Positions 9,451 to 19,295 of a DNA stretch of 64,000 nucleotides are shown one piece after another. Under the pieces are notes generated by a model. It saw only the letters and a program-made list of their open reading frames with translations. It made no database searches and was not told the origin of the DNA. The first letter of the stretch is position 1, and each line of letters starts with the position of its first letter. The stretch comes from an uncultured delta proteobacterium (GTDB lineage: Bacteria > Desulfobacterota > Desulfomonilia > UBA1062): NCBI GenBank assembly GCA_963785235.1, contig CAWAUM010000007.1, forward strand, positions 96,001 through 160,000, written 5' to 3'. The position numbers and the translations under genes were made by a program.

Positions 9451-10647
9451 ATGGCTAAGGAAACAGAGAAGATTAAAGAGACAACTTTCAAAAACACGAA
9501 ACTGAACCTTGTGAAGCTGGATTGGAAAGAGGTTTACTACACCAACTGTCCGCTGGTGTCTGCCAGCAATGTGGATGAAGGCCTGGGCTTGACCAAGAAG
9601 GAGTTCAAGAAGATCGGCGTGAAGTTTGCCTACATGCGTTCGACCCCTGAAACCGATTGGTATCCCCACTACATTCACAATCAGGAAAATCTTATCCGCT
9701 TCGGCGGTTTGTTTCCGCCCATCGAGGTTCACGCGGACATCCGCCGGACCCGGCTGCTGGGGGTTACGCAGATGCCGGCAGAAGGCGGTGTCATGATGGT
9801 GCGCGCCAAGGACGACATCTACCGGATGGTCGATCTGAAGGGCAAGAAGATCGGCATTTCCAAGAGCATGAACAAGATCAAGAACGACTGGTGGCGCATC
9901 CAGGAGCACCAGGGTATCGAGCTCATGCTCCGGATGAACGGCATGACCATGGACGACATCGAGCTCGTCGAGTTCCCTTACGCGGACGACTGGTATAACG
10001 ATCCGGCGATGATGGTCGCAACCATGGACCTCTCGATTGATCTGTGGCTGAAGCGTGACCACAAGCGCGACTTGGCCTTCCGTCCACTGGAAACCGCACT
10101 GGAAAAGAGGATCATCGATGCGATGTACATGCAAACCAAGCCGCTCCAGCAAGTCTCCGAGGCGACGGGCAAGTTCGCGGCGATCGAGGACCTCTCCCGC
10201 TATCCGGACTGGCGTTTGCAGGTCGCCAACATCCCCGCGGCCATTACGTGCACCGACGTCATGGCCAAGCAGCACCCCGAACTCGCCGTCACGTTCATGA
10301 AAGGCATGATCCGCGCCGGGCGCTGGGCCAACGAGAACAAACGCGCCGCGGCGGAAATCCTCGACCAACAGACCTTCTACAGAGACATCGAGCACACCTA
10401 CCAGGGAATCAGGGACGTGGACTTGGTGCCCAACCTGTCACCACTCAACCTGGCTGCTGTCGAGATCGGCAAGAACTTCATGCTGAGCCACGGCTACATC
10501 AAGAACGACTTCGATGTGCAGAAGTGGGCCGCGCCGGAGTTCCTGGAGAAGGCAGCCAGAGAACTGCTGGAAGAAGAATGGAAGAAAAGAACCACAGCAA
10601 AACTTCCCAAGACGGCTGCGCCGCTTACGGGAGAACGGCTCGGGTAG
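9451..10647 (+). CDS. DszB-like protein (desulfinase family; periplasmic-binding-protein fold), no signal peptide
   Basis: YTNCP (C33), PHY (H73), RFGG (R83, G86) and RTRLLGVT..VRAKD....DLKGKKIGIS parallel the DszB motifs YSNCP, H60, R70-FGG and RTRLLGIT. The N-terminus is charged, not a signal peptide. Confidence 0.75.
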   Translation: MAKETEKIKETTFKNTKLNLVKLDWKEVYYTNCPLVSASNVDEGLGLTKKEFKKIGVKFAYMRSTPETDWYPHYIHNQENLIRFGGLFPPIEVHADIRRTRLLGVTQMPAEGGVMMVRAKDDIYRMVDLKGKKIGISKSMNKIKNDWWRIQEHQGIELMLRMNGMTMDDIELVEFPYADDWYNDPAMMVATMDLSIDLWLKRDHKRDLAFRPLETALEKRIIDAMYMQTKPLQQVSEATGKFAAIEDLSRYPDWRLQVANIPAAITCTDVMAKQHPELAVTFMKGMIRAGRWANENKRAAAEILDQQTFYRDIEHTYQGIRDVDLVPNLSPLNLAAVEIGKNFMLSHGYIKNDFDVQKWAAPEFLEKAARELLEEEWKKRTTAKLPKTAAPLTGERLG

Positions 10648-10752
10648 TCGGGAAGACGCTCGGCACAGGGTGCACGTGCGAGGCAACTGAAGAATCAGCC
10701 ATAATCGCCGACCCGGTGAAGCCAAAATAAAACTGATGAAGGAGGAAACATA

Positions 10753-13185
10753 ATGGAAAAGGCAAAGGATGCAAAGAAGATTTCCACAGGCCGCGTCAAG
10801 GCCGACAAAGACCGGATCGACCGGCTGAAAGAACAACTCAGGAGCACCCCTGCCGAGGTTGATTTTGAGCGGATCAGGATCATGGAGGAGGTTTACGCGG
10901 CCACTCAGGGCGACCAGAATATCATGCGTCGAGCCAAGTTCTATGCCACCCTGCTGGAGCGGAAGAAGATCTACATCGACGACAACTGCTTTGTGGGCAG
11001 CATGGCCGGCACCGTCAACGGCATCTACACGTATCCGGAATGGAACATCGATTGGATGAAGGACGATAATACCGTCGAGAAGTGCAAGGATCCGGTGGAC
11101 AAGAAGGCGAACCAGTGGGCACTCGACTACTGGGACAAGCGCGCCCTGAAACCCCGCACCCTGGAGATCTTCGAGAAGAAGTATGGTTTCGATCCGAAAC
11201 CCTGCTATGAGTCCGGCTTTGTCGTCAGTTTCTTTGACTGGCCGGGTGGTGGCGGCAATCTGAACTACCCCCGGATTTACAACCATGGGCTGGCCGCCAT
11301 GATCAAGGAGGTCGAGGAGCGGCAGGCGGCCCTCGACATGCGGCTGCCCAATGCCAGCAAGCTCTACTTCTATGAAGCCAGCCTCATCGTCATGAGGGCC
11401 ATTGTGCGCCTGGCTCATCGCTATGCCGAGCTGGCCCGGGAAATGGCGAAAAAGGAAAAGAATGAAACCCGCAAGGCAGAGCTGATTGCCATCGCCGAAA
11501 CCATGGAACGAGTTCCCGAGCATCCGGCCCGGAACCTGAGAGAGGCCATCCAATGCCACTTCTTCTGTCACATTTGTGCGGAGCTCGAGCAGGTTGGCTG
11601 CGGTTACTCCGAGGCCTATCTGGGCCAGAACCTTGAGCCCTACTATCAACGCGACAAAGCGGCGGGTCTGGTCGATTACGAACAAGCGACGTTCATGTTC
11701 CAGAATCTCGTGATCAAGCTGAACGAGATCGGCTATTACTTTGGAGAGAAGGTCGCCCTGCAGAACTCGGCCGACCTCGGGCAGAGCGTCTCCCTGGGAG
11801 GCTTTACCGAGGATGGGGAGGATGCCACCGCGGAAATGGACTATGTGGTTCTGGATGCATGCAACTATCTCCACCTGCCGCAGCCTCCGCTGACTTGCGT
11901 CTACACGGAGAGGATGAGCGGCAAATTCCTCGAGAAGGTCCTGGATGTCATCGGCACCGGTATCGGCATGCCTCAGTTGGTAAACGGCAATGTGATGATC
12001 AAACGGGCACTCAATCTATTCGGTGACTCCAAAAAGGGCATCACCCTCGAAAAAGCCAGGCGCACCTGCATCGGCGCATGTGTGGGTTCTTACCCCCCCT
12101 ACGAGACCGGTCACCCGGTGGAAGGCCAGCCCAACCTGGGCAAGGTCATCGAGCTGGTGATGAACAATGGCTTCGATCCTCGCACCAAGAAGCAGGTCGG
12201 ACCCAAGACCGGTGATCCCGAGACCTTCAAAACCTTCGAAGAACTCTACGCGGCATTCCAAAAGCAGATCGATTTCAATGAAGAGGTCCTCCGCCGGGGT
12301 GCCTGGATCGCCAGCATGTTGTGCGCCGACTTCCTCCCGGTTCCTTGGCGCTCGCTCCTGACCGGGGGCTGCATTGAAACGGGCACCGAGGTGTGGAACG
12401 GCGGGGCCAATTACTACACCGTTGCCCAGATTGTGGTGGGGGGCATCGACGCGGCCAACTGTCTCATGGCGGTGAAGAAACTGGTCTACGACGACAAGAA
12501 GATCACCATGGCCGAACTCAAGAAAGCCCTGGCCGCCAACTGGGAGGGGGAATACGAGAAGATTCGGAAGCTGTGTTACGAAGCTCCCAAGCACGGCAAC
12601 GACATCCCTGAAATGAACAGGATGGCGTACAGGGTGTACGAAAGCATCTTCAAGGCTTTCAACAATGTTGACGGCGGCGGCAACTACCTCAGCAAAGACA
12701 TCAAATCAGCGCCGGATGCCTATACCAAGAGCATCCACAACCTGATGGGTATGGTGACCGGGGCTCTGCCCAACGGCAAGAGAGCCGGAGTGGCACTCAC
12801 CGATGGAAGTCTGTCGGCCATGCCGGGAACCGATGTCAGCGGTCCTACCGCGTTGGTGATGTCTGCGGCGAAGGCTCAGGATGCCATCAAGTACACCGCA
12901 ACCCACATGAACATGAAACTCCCGCCTGATCAGCTGAAGACACGCAAGGGCCGGGATAATGTGCTGCGTCTGGTCAAAACCCTGTTTGATAACGATGGCT
13001 ATCACATCCAGTTCAACGTCCTGGATACCAACATCCTCAGGGATGCGCAGAAGCACCCGGAAAACTACCGTGACCTCGTGGTCCGGGTAGCCGGTTTCAG
13101 TGCCTTCTTCACCGCACTGGCTAAGGGCGTACAGGACGAGGTCATTGAGCGCACTTTGCAGTCGTTTGACGGTCAGATGTGCTGA
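10753..13185 (+). CDS. Glycyl radical enzyme of unknown function (PFL2/GRE superfamily)
   Basis: C-terminal HPENYRDLVVRVAGFSAFF glycyl-radical loop (G781), HIQFNV, GALPNGKRAG, and Cys loop CIGACVGS (C443). A cognate activase lies downstream. Confidence 0.93.
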   Translation: MEKAKDAKKISTGRVKADKDRIDRLKEQLRSTPAEVDFERIRIMEEVYAATQGDQNIMRRAKFYATLLERKKIYIDDNCFVGSMAGTVNGIYTYPEWNIDWMKDDNTVEKCKDPVDKKANQWALDYWDKRALKPRTLEIFEKKYGFDPKPCYESGFVVSFFDWPGGGGNLNYPRIYNHGLAAMIKEVEERQAALDMRLPNASKLYFYEASLIVMRAIVRLAHRYAELAREMAKKEKNETRKAELIAIAETMERVPEHPARNLREAIQCHFFCHICAELEQVGCGYSEAYLGQNLEPYYQRDKAAGLVDYEQATFMFQNLVIKLNEIGYYFGEKVALQNSADLGQSVSLGGFTEDGEDATAEMDYVVLDACNYLHLPQPPLTCVYTERMSGKFLEKVLDVIGTGIGMPQLVNGNVMIKRALNLFGDSKKGITLEKARRTCIGACVGSYPPYETGHPVEGQPNLGKVIELVMNNGFDPRTKKQVGPKTGDPETFKTFEELYAAFQKQIDFNEEVLRRGAWIASMLCADFLPVPWRSLLTGGCIETGTEVWNGGANYYTVAQIVVGGIDAANCLMAVKKLVYDDKKITMAELKKALAANWEGEYEKIRKLCYEAPKHGNDIPEMNRMAYRVYESIFKAFNNVDGGGNYLSKDIKSAPDAYTKSIHNLMGMVTGALPNGKRAGVALTDGSLSAMPGTDVSGPTALVMSAAKAQDAIKYTATHMNMKLPPDQLKTRKGRDNVLRLVKTLFDNDGYHIQFNVLDTNILRDAQKHPENYRDLVVRVAGFSAFFTALAKGVQDEVIERTLQSFDGQMC

Positions 13186-13197
13186 GATTCAAGTCAA

Positions 13198-13232
13198 CCG
13201 GCACGACGTGGCATAGCGCCACGCCGTGCCGG
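13198..13232. terminator. GC-rich intergenic hairpin after the GRE gene
   Basis: ccggcacgacgtggc-atagc-gccacgccgtgccgg forms a 15-bp stem with 1 mismatch. There is no U-tract, so it may be a stabiliser or processing site. Confidence 0.45.
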
Positions 13233-13314
13233 AAGTTCCAAGATGAGTACCAAGGCTCTGCAGGGCGCGAGGCTATTGATGCCTATACAGGAAAATTCAC
13301 ACAGGAGGATTATT

Positions 13315-14490
13315 ATGAGTAAAGAAATAGGTCATGCCAGTTTTCAACGACGCATTGCCATCAATGTGGGTGCCGGCTACGTGCCCGGTATAAATGCTGT
13401 GATAATGGGCGCAAGCCTTGCTGCGAACAAACTGGGATGGGAGATAGTCGGCATCATGGACGGGTTTGAGGGGCTGTTGCACCGGCCTAGCTACCCCAAC
13501 GGCGGGCTGGTGTCACTCAGCCCGCAAATGATTGAGAACCTGGATCCGTCTGCCGGGGGAATCCTGGGCCAAGCGTTGCGGATCGATCCGTTTCATGTCC
13601 GTCGCGTAAATGAAGACGACATGGTAGAAGAAGTCGACGTATCCGATGAACTGATTAGAATACTTCAGGACGAGCAGATCGACGCATTGATTTCAGTTGT
13701 TGGGGGTCAAGGATTAAGTATTCTTTATAAGCTCCATCGTAAAGGGCTCAATACGGTTTGCATCCCCAGATCGATTGAGAACGACATCGCTGCCACAGCG
13801 GTCTCCTTCGGGTTCAACAGCGCCCTGAGTTTTACTATCGAAATGCTGGATCGGGCTCTTCAGGCGGCCCGGGCAGCCCGCAAAATCGCGGTAGTGGAGG
13901 TCTTGGGAGAACAGGCCGGTTGGATTGCATTACAGGCCGGCATTGCAGTTTGTGCCGATGTAGTGCTGATTCCCGAAGTTCCCTGCGATCTGAATGCGGT
14001 TGCATCCAGATTGAAAGAAAAGATGCGATTCAGAAATCATTACGGACTTGTGGTGGTGGCCGAAGGGGCGAAGTTTGTCGATAATACGCAAAGCCAGGCG
14101 GATCCCTCCTCCCTGAAAGCTACTCTCTCGCCGCTGGCAACGGGTGAGGCAAGTGAACATGTCATTTCGCAATCAGGCCAGGCCGCCGCGACAGTGGCAA
14201 CCAGGTTGCAGTTACTGATCGCCGAGGAAATCTATCCGCTGGTAATTGGTCCCTGGGTCAGGGGTGGTACCCCCACTGCTGTCGACCGGCAACTGGGGAT
14301 GGCCTACGGCGCCGGAGCCATTCAGGCGCTGAAAGCCGGGAAAAACGGCGCAATGGTTGCTTTTAATCCACCAGCCATCGAATTTCTGCCTTTGGCAGAA
14401 GCGATCAATAAAGTCAGAACGGTGCCCACAGACAGCCTGTTCGTGAAAATCGCCCAATCGCTCGGCATCTTTCTAGGGAGGGAATTATGA
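13315..14490 (+). CDS. 6-phosphofructokinase (PfkA)-fold protein with degenerate catalytic motifs
   Basis: PfkA architecture throughout ([46 protein letters not shown]), but GAGYV, PRSIEND and LGE replace GGD, PKTIDND and MGR. RBS aggagga before ATG 13315. Confidence 0.8.
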   Translation: MSKEIGHASFQRRIAINVGAGYVPGINAVIMGASLAANKLGWEIVGIMDGFEGLLHRPSYPNGGLVSLSPQMIENLDPSAGGILGQALRIDPFHVRRVNEDDMVEEVDVSDELIRILQDEQIDALISVVGGQGLSILYKLHRKGLNTVCIPRSIENDIAATAVSFGFNSALSFTIEMLDRALQAARAARKIAVVEVLGEQAGWIALQAGIAVCADVVLIPEVPCDLNAVASRLKEKMRFRNHYGLVVVAEGAKFVDNTQSQADPSSLKATLSPLATGEASEHVISQSGQAAATVATRLQLLIAEEIYPLVIGPWVRGGTPTAVDRQLGMAYGAGAIQALKAGKNGAMVAFNPPAIEFLPLAEAINKVRTVPTDSLFVKIAQSLGIFLGREL

Positions 14491-15450
14491 AAAAACAAAA
14501 CATCAACCCCTCCGATATAACAGGCACAGTGCTGAATATCCAACGATATTGCAGCCACGACGGTCCGGGCATCCGGACAACGGTTTTTCTCAAGGGCTGC
14601 TCTTTGCGCTGCAAATGGTGCGGCAATCCCGAAAGCATTAGCCTGAAGCCGGAAATGTCCTACGACTCCAGGAAGTGCACCGGCAAGAAGTGCGGCCTCT
14701 GCCTGAAGCCGCCGTTTCCTGAAGGCGCCTTCTATTTTGTGGAGGGGGATGATGACCAAAGTAAAAGTCAACTGGCACCTGGCCATGGACATAAATAACG
14801 AACTGGTTTCGCTCTGCCCGACCGGTGCGCTCGAAATGTTCGGCAAACGGATGACCGTCAACGAGGTGCTCGACGAGGTGGAGAAGGATGCCTCCATCTA
14901 CCGCAGTACCGGTGGCGGCATGACGATAAGCGGCGGTGAAGTCATGCTGCAACCCGACTTTGCGGCAGCTTTGCTGCAGGAAGCACACAATCGCGGCCTC
15001 AATACGGCTATAGAAACAGCCTGCAATGCGCCATGGTCCTTCCTTGAAAAAGTACTTCCCCACGTGGATACGATGCTTCACGACAACAAACTGATGAATT
15101 CGGAACGGCACAAAAAGTGGACCGGCGTAGGCAATGAAAGAATTCTGGCGAACTTCAAAAAAGCCTACGAAACGTTCCCCCATGTGGAGTTTATTACCCG
15201 CACACCGCTGATTCCCGGCGTAAACGCCGATGAAGAGCACGTCCGGGCCGTGCTGGCATTCATCAAGCCATATAAAAACGTGATCGACTATGAGCTCTTG
15301 CCCTATCACCGCTTTGGTCTGGGCAAGTATGAACTGTTGGGAGAGGTGTATGAACTGGATGATTACAAAACGCCGTCTGCCGACCTGGTCGCGCACCTGC
15401 AGGCCATCATCGACGAAGCCTTTGGCCGCAGCGGGCCGCAAACAAAATAG
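14487..15450 (+). CDS. Glycyl-radical enzyme activating enzyme (radical SAM), frameshift near 14750
   Basis: [26 protein letters not shown] (CxxxCxxC), a ferredoxin-like insert, [15 protein letters not shown] and LLPYH. Pieces at 14487..14798 and 14737..15450. Confidence 0.92.
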
Positions 15451-15463
15451 AAAGGAAACAATC

Positions 15464-16720
15464 ATGGCCAGACAGAAAGAGAAAAAAAGCATGAAAACTG
15501 AAGGCCGCCAAACACCTCCGAAGAAGCCGGGAGCCGGGAACGGTTCGGGCCGGACAGATGACATTTACGAGCGCCTGGCGGACGCGCTGGACGCGCTTCC
15601 GAGTGGCTTTCCCAGGACGAAATCCGGGGTGGAAATGAAACTGATCAAGATGGCGTTTACGCCCGAGGAGGTAGCCCTTGCCGGTCAGTTGACCCGCTTT
15701 CCCGAGACCGCTGCCGAGATCGCCAAACGGGTCGGCATGGATGAGGCTGACGTAACCGTGTTGTGCGAGAGCTTGATCCCCAGGCGCCTGGTACGTCTCG
15801 ACTCGCCCGGGTATGACATGGCCGGTCAAGATCAGGGTGATGGGGCGAAGAAGTACCGGCTGGGCATGTTCCTGGTTGGCTGGTATGAAGCCAATATGCG
15901 GCTGCTGGGTAAGGAATTTGCCGAGCTCTTCGAGCAATATGTTATTGAAGGCGGCGGTGAAAGAATACTTGCTCCTCGGCCTGGGGTTCTTGGTGTTGTT
16001 CCCGTTCGGGGGTCACTATCGCCAGAACAGATCAAAGTGATGGAACCCCATCTTGATATCGACGCGCATTTCAAACGGCACGAACGATTTGTTGTGTTTG
16101 GCTGCGTATGTAAAAGGGAGCAGGAATTATTGCATGGCCACAGCTGCGATATGCCGATGAAACGCTGCGGTTTTGTAGGCGTCCCACCCCAGACGCCACT
16201 TTCGGAAAACGTGCTTGACCGGGAAGAGGCGGACAAGCTTCTTCGTGAACTGGAGGACATGGGACACGTTCACCTCGCGGCCTATGGATACGTCATGGGC
16301 GCGGAGACTCCTCAGTTTGTCGGAGGGTGTAACTGCTGCGGCTGTTGTTGCGGGGTCCTTCACAGCCAGAAACTCTCCGGCATTTCGGAAGCGGCACAGC
16401 GTTCGAACTACCGCGCCGTCATTGATTCGGAAAAATGCATTTCCTGCGGTCTGTGCATCAAGCGTTGCCCGGTGGACGCCATCTTCGAGGGCCCGAAGCG
16501 CTTGCCCACAGGGCCTCTCTGTGCGGCCGTGGAATTGGAGCCCGGCAAGTCCGAGGTGGACCGGGCCAAGTGCATCGGCTGCGGCGTGTGCGTGATCAAA
16601 TGCCCGACGAATGCGATCGAACTTGTGCCGGTATCGAAAGAAGAATGGTTCCATACTCCTGCCAGCATGGCGGAATGGGAAGAGATGCGCCTTGCGTTTC
16701 TGGCAGCGGAAAAGAAGTAA
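15464..16720 (+). CDS. Multi-Cys 4Fe-4S binding protein with N-terminal HTH-like region
   Basis: GCVCK, GCNCCGCCC, CISCGLCIKRCP and CIGCGVCVIKCP motifs; RBS aaagga. Confidence 0.85.
   Translation: MARQKEKKSMKTEGRQTPPKKPGAGNGSGRTDDIYERLADALDALPSGFPRTKSGVEMKLIKMAFTPEEVALAGQLTRFPETAAEIAKRVGMDEADVTVLCESLIPRRLVRLDSPGYDMAGQDQGDGAKKYRLGMFLVGWYEANMRLLGKEFAELFEQYVIEGGGERILAPRPGVLGVVPVRGSLSPEQIKVMEPHLDIDAHFKRHERFVVFGCVCKREQELLHGHSCDMPMKRCGFVGVPPQTPLSENVLDREEADKLLRELEDMGHVHLAAYGYVMGAETPQFVGGCNCCGCCCGVLHSQKLSGISEAAQRSNYRAVIDSEKCISCGLCIKRCPVDAIFEGPKRLPTGPLCAAVELEPGKSEVDRAKCIGCGVCVIKCPTNAIELVPVSKEEWFHTPASMAEWEEMRLAFLAAEKK
16613..16689 (+). repeat. 77-bp direct repeat copy 1 (FeS protein 3' region)
   Basis: Matches 19408..19484 with 3 mismatches; weaker similarity extends upstream to about 16541/19336. 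Confidence 0.85.
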
Positions 16721-16787
16721 AGCCTGGGCAAACAGGCGGGATGGAAGAACGGCTTCGTTTCGCGAAGGGAATAGGAGGAGAAGCAAG

Positions 16788-18089
16788 ATGAACACAACCG
16801 ACTTGATTACGGCGGAAGTACTGGCCGGGCGGCTCAAGATGGCCGCCGAAGGCATCAAGCAGAAGCCCGGCTTAATGAAGTCCGCCATAGGCTATATGGA
16901 ACTGGTTTATAAGTACGTGGAGCGGATCGTGACGGCCAAAGAAAAGGGCAAATATGTGGTTACCCATGGCACCCAGCAGCCCCTCGAAATTTACGAAGCT
17001 ATGGACATCGTGTGCCTCTTCAACGAGTTCTGGGGTGTCATCTCGGATGTCGTGAACACGGATTCCGTCCCCGCGGCCATGAATATTTCGGCTTCGACCG
17101 GCACACCGCAGGAGGTCTGCTCCTTCTTCCGGAACATGGACGGCCTGCTGCATGCCGGGAAGTGGCCGCATACGGACATGTTTGTCTACGCCACCTCCTC
17201 GTGCGATAACGTTAAGGCGTTCCACACGCTGGGCCGGCGATACGGCATCCCCAGTTTCGGCATGGAGCGGCCCTATTACCCGTTCACACCCCATGCGATG
17301 GAACACTGGAAGAACGAGCACAAGCGTTTGATCGCCTTCCTGGAAGAGCAGACGGGGAAGAGGATGGACTATGACCGTCTCAATGAGACGTTACGCCTCT
17401 CTTACCGTCTTACCGAGATCGCCTGCGAGATCGACAAGCTGGTAGCCCATGTCCCAACTCCCATGTCCCCCGAATGCTTTGGGGGAGTACTGCTGGCGAT
17501 CCGCCTGATGTGCGGGACCCAGGAGGCTGTGGACTACCTGGAATCGCTGAAGGCGGAACTCGAGGAACGGGTGTCCAAGGGCATCGCCGCCGTCGAGCCG
17601 GAACGCTTCCGGGTGATGTGGAGCAGTTTCACCCCGTTCTGGGACCCGGGAATCATGGCCTTCATGCAGGAGAAGTACGGAGCGGTCTCGGTGTGCGAGG
17701 TGCTGCAGCGCTGGCGCGGGGAGGCGAACTGGATGCTGGATCCGGATGATCCGTTGGGCAACCTCGCTTACAAAACTCAGGTCGCACCCGGAAACTGTCA
17801 ATACTCGCCCTCCTTAGATTGGGCCGGGGAAGTCGTCGCGCAGGCCCGCAAATACAAGCCGGACGTGGCGATCTTCAACAACAACCGGGGCTGCAAGCAG
17901 GCTGCGGGCTTGGAACCAATCATCAGGGACGAGCTGCTGCGTCAATGCGGCGTGCCGACCCTCACGCTTGCCGTGGATGTGATTGATGCAACTTTTACCA
18001 GCCGGGCAGAGGTCGAAAGGCAGTTGGACGGCTTTTTTGAAATGATCGAGGGAAGCGAAGCTTACCAGGAAAGGAGGGCAAACGCATGA
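16788..18089 (+). CDS. 2-hydroxyacyl-CoA dehydratase / class I benzoyl-CoA reductase family subunit (alpha-type)
   Basis: EVCSFFR, SSCDNVK and RGCKQ cluster cysteines; LIAFLEEQTGKRMDYDRL; GVPTLTL..D. Confidence 0.85.
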   Translation: MNTTDLITAEVLAGRLKMAAEGIKQKPGLMKSAIGYMELVYKYVERIVTAKEKGKYVVTHGTQQPLEIYEAMDIVCLFNEFWGVISDVVNTDSVPAAMNISASTGTPQEVCSFFRNMDGLLHAGKWPHTDMFVYATSSCDNVKAFHTLGRRYGIPSFGMERPYYPFTPHAMEHWKNEHKRLIAFLEEQTGKRMDYDRLNETLRLSYRLTEIACEIDKLVAHVPTPMSPECFGGVLLAIRLMCGTQEAVDYLESLKAELEERVSKGIAAVEPERFRVMWSSFTPFWDPGIMAFMQEKYGAVSVCEVLQRWRGEANWMLDPDDPLGNLAYKTQVAPGNCQYSPSLDWAGEVVAQARKYKPDVAIFNNNRGCKQAAGLEPIIRDELLRQCGVPTLTLAVDVIDATFTSRAEVERQLDGFFEMIEGSEAYQERRANA

Positions 18090-19231
18090 ACCCCCAACTG
18101 CAAGTTCTGAACGAAATGCGGAAAGCGACCTCTCCATTCCCGGAGAGCGTAACCGTCAAGGACTGGAAAGCCTCTGGCCGAAAGGTGATCGGCTGTGTCA
18201 ACCCCTACGTCCCGGAGGAGATCATCCACGCGGCCGGGATGCTTCCATTCAAGATCACCGGTGACAACGAGCCGGTCGAGATGCAGGGGGCCGAGGCCTA
18301 CATCCTCTCCAATACCTGCTCCTACATTCGCACCTGCTGGCAGCTGCAGCTCGACGGCAAGTACGGTTTCCTGGACGGCCTGGTCTTCTCCAACATGTGC
18401 GACCAGGATAAGCGGCTGTACAGCGTGTGGGAGTACTATAAGAAGCTTCCCTACATGGACATCCTCTACGCGCCGCGCAAGCGCGACGAGGAGGCTGTCA
18501 AGCTGTACCTGGCCGATCTCGAGGACTTCAGGGACAGGTTCTCGCTGTACCGGCTGAGCAGGATCACCGACCGGGACGTCGCGGACGCCATCCGCGTCTA
18601 CAACCGGGGACGTGAGCTCATGCATCGTCTCTACGAACTGCGCAAGCGTGATCGCCCACCTGTGACAGGTGCCGAGGCCCTGGAAGTAAGCAAGGCTGCC
18701 GCACGCCTGCCGCGTGAGCGTTTCAACGAGCTGATGGAGCAACTGCTTGACGAGATCCAGCGCACCGGGCGCGAGATCAAGAAGGCCAGGCGCCTGATGG
18801 TCATCGGCAACGATATTCACAACACCAACCAGGTCGCCGCGTTCGAGGAAATGGACGCGCTGGTCGTCGTGGACGAGATGAATTGCGGCATCCGGCAAGC
18901 CCTGGGCCAGGTGGACACCAAGATGCCGCCGATGGAGGCTCTGGCCCGCTACTACGTGATGGGCCGTCCGGTCGACATGCACAACTGGAATTCCGACGGG
19001 CGACTCGCGTTCATTGGCCAGATGGTTGAACAATACAGGGTTGACGGGATTGTGTCCGAGATCGTTCGCTTCTGCACCTACAACGGCTGGGACAAGTTCG
19101 ATCTCAAGAAGCAGATGGAACAGCGCGGCATTCCCATCCTGGATATCGACCTCGAGTACGGCCATCCGGCTGGAGCGCAGGTGAAGACCCGCGCCGAGGC
19201 GTTCATGGAGATGCTGGAAAGCCGAGCCTGA
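18086..19231 (+). CDS. 2-hydroxyacyl-CoA dehydratase / benzoyl-CoA reductase family subunit (beta-type)
   Basis: PYVPEEIIHAAG, NTCSYIR, NMCDQ, RFCT and QVKTRAEAFMEML; ATGA overlap with the preceding gene. Confidence 0.88.
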   Translation: MNPQLQVLNEMRKATSPFPESVTVKDWKASGRKVIGCVNPYVPEEIIHAAGMLPFKITGDNEPVEMQGAEAYILSNTCSYIRTCWQLQLDGKYGFLDGLVFSNMCDQDKRLYSVWEYYKKLPYMDILYAPRKRDEEAVKLYLADLEDFRDRFSLYRLSRITDRDVADAIRVYNRGRELMHRLYELRKRDRPPVTGAEALEVSKAAARLPRERFNELMEQLLDEIQRTGREIKKARRLMVIGNDIHNTNQVAAFEEMDALVVVDEMNCGIRQALGQVDTKMPPMEALARYYVMGRPVDMHNWNSDGRLAFIGQMVEQYRVDGIVSEIVRFCTYNGWDKFDLKKQMEQRGIPILDIDLEYGHPAGAQVKTRAEAFMEMLESRA

Positions 19232-19295
19232 TTTGCAGCAAACACCTCATGACCACGGGTCTGACGAGGCGCAAAAAAGCAGAAGGAGAATTGAA

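Noticed and set aside
10753-13185. Annotation as pyruvate formate-lyase, choline TMA-lyase or benzylsuccinate synthase
   Set aside because: It lacks the PFL Cys-Cys pair, the GCVE loop and the BSS small subunits, and there are no microcompartment genes.
13315-14490. Sulfoglycolysis (sulfo-EMP2) locus based on the PfkA-like gene and glycosidases
   Set aside because: No sulfoquinovose isomerase, aldolase or GH31 sulfoquinovosidase is visible, and the kinase motifs are degenerate.
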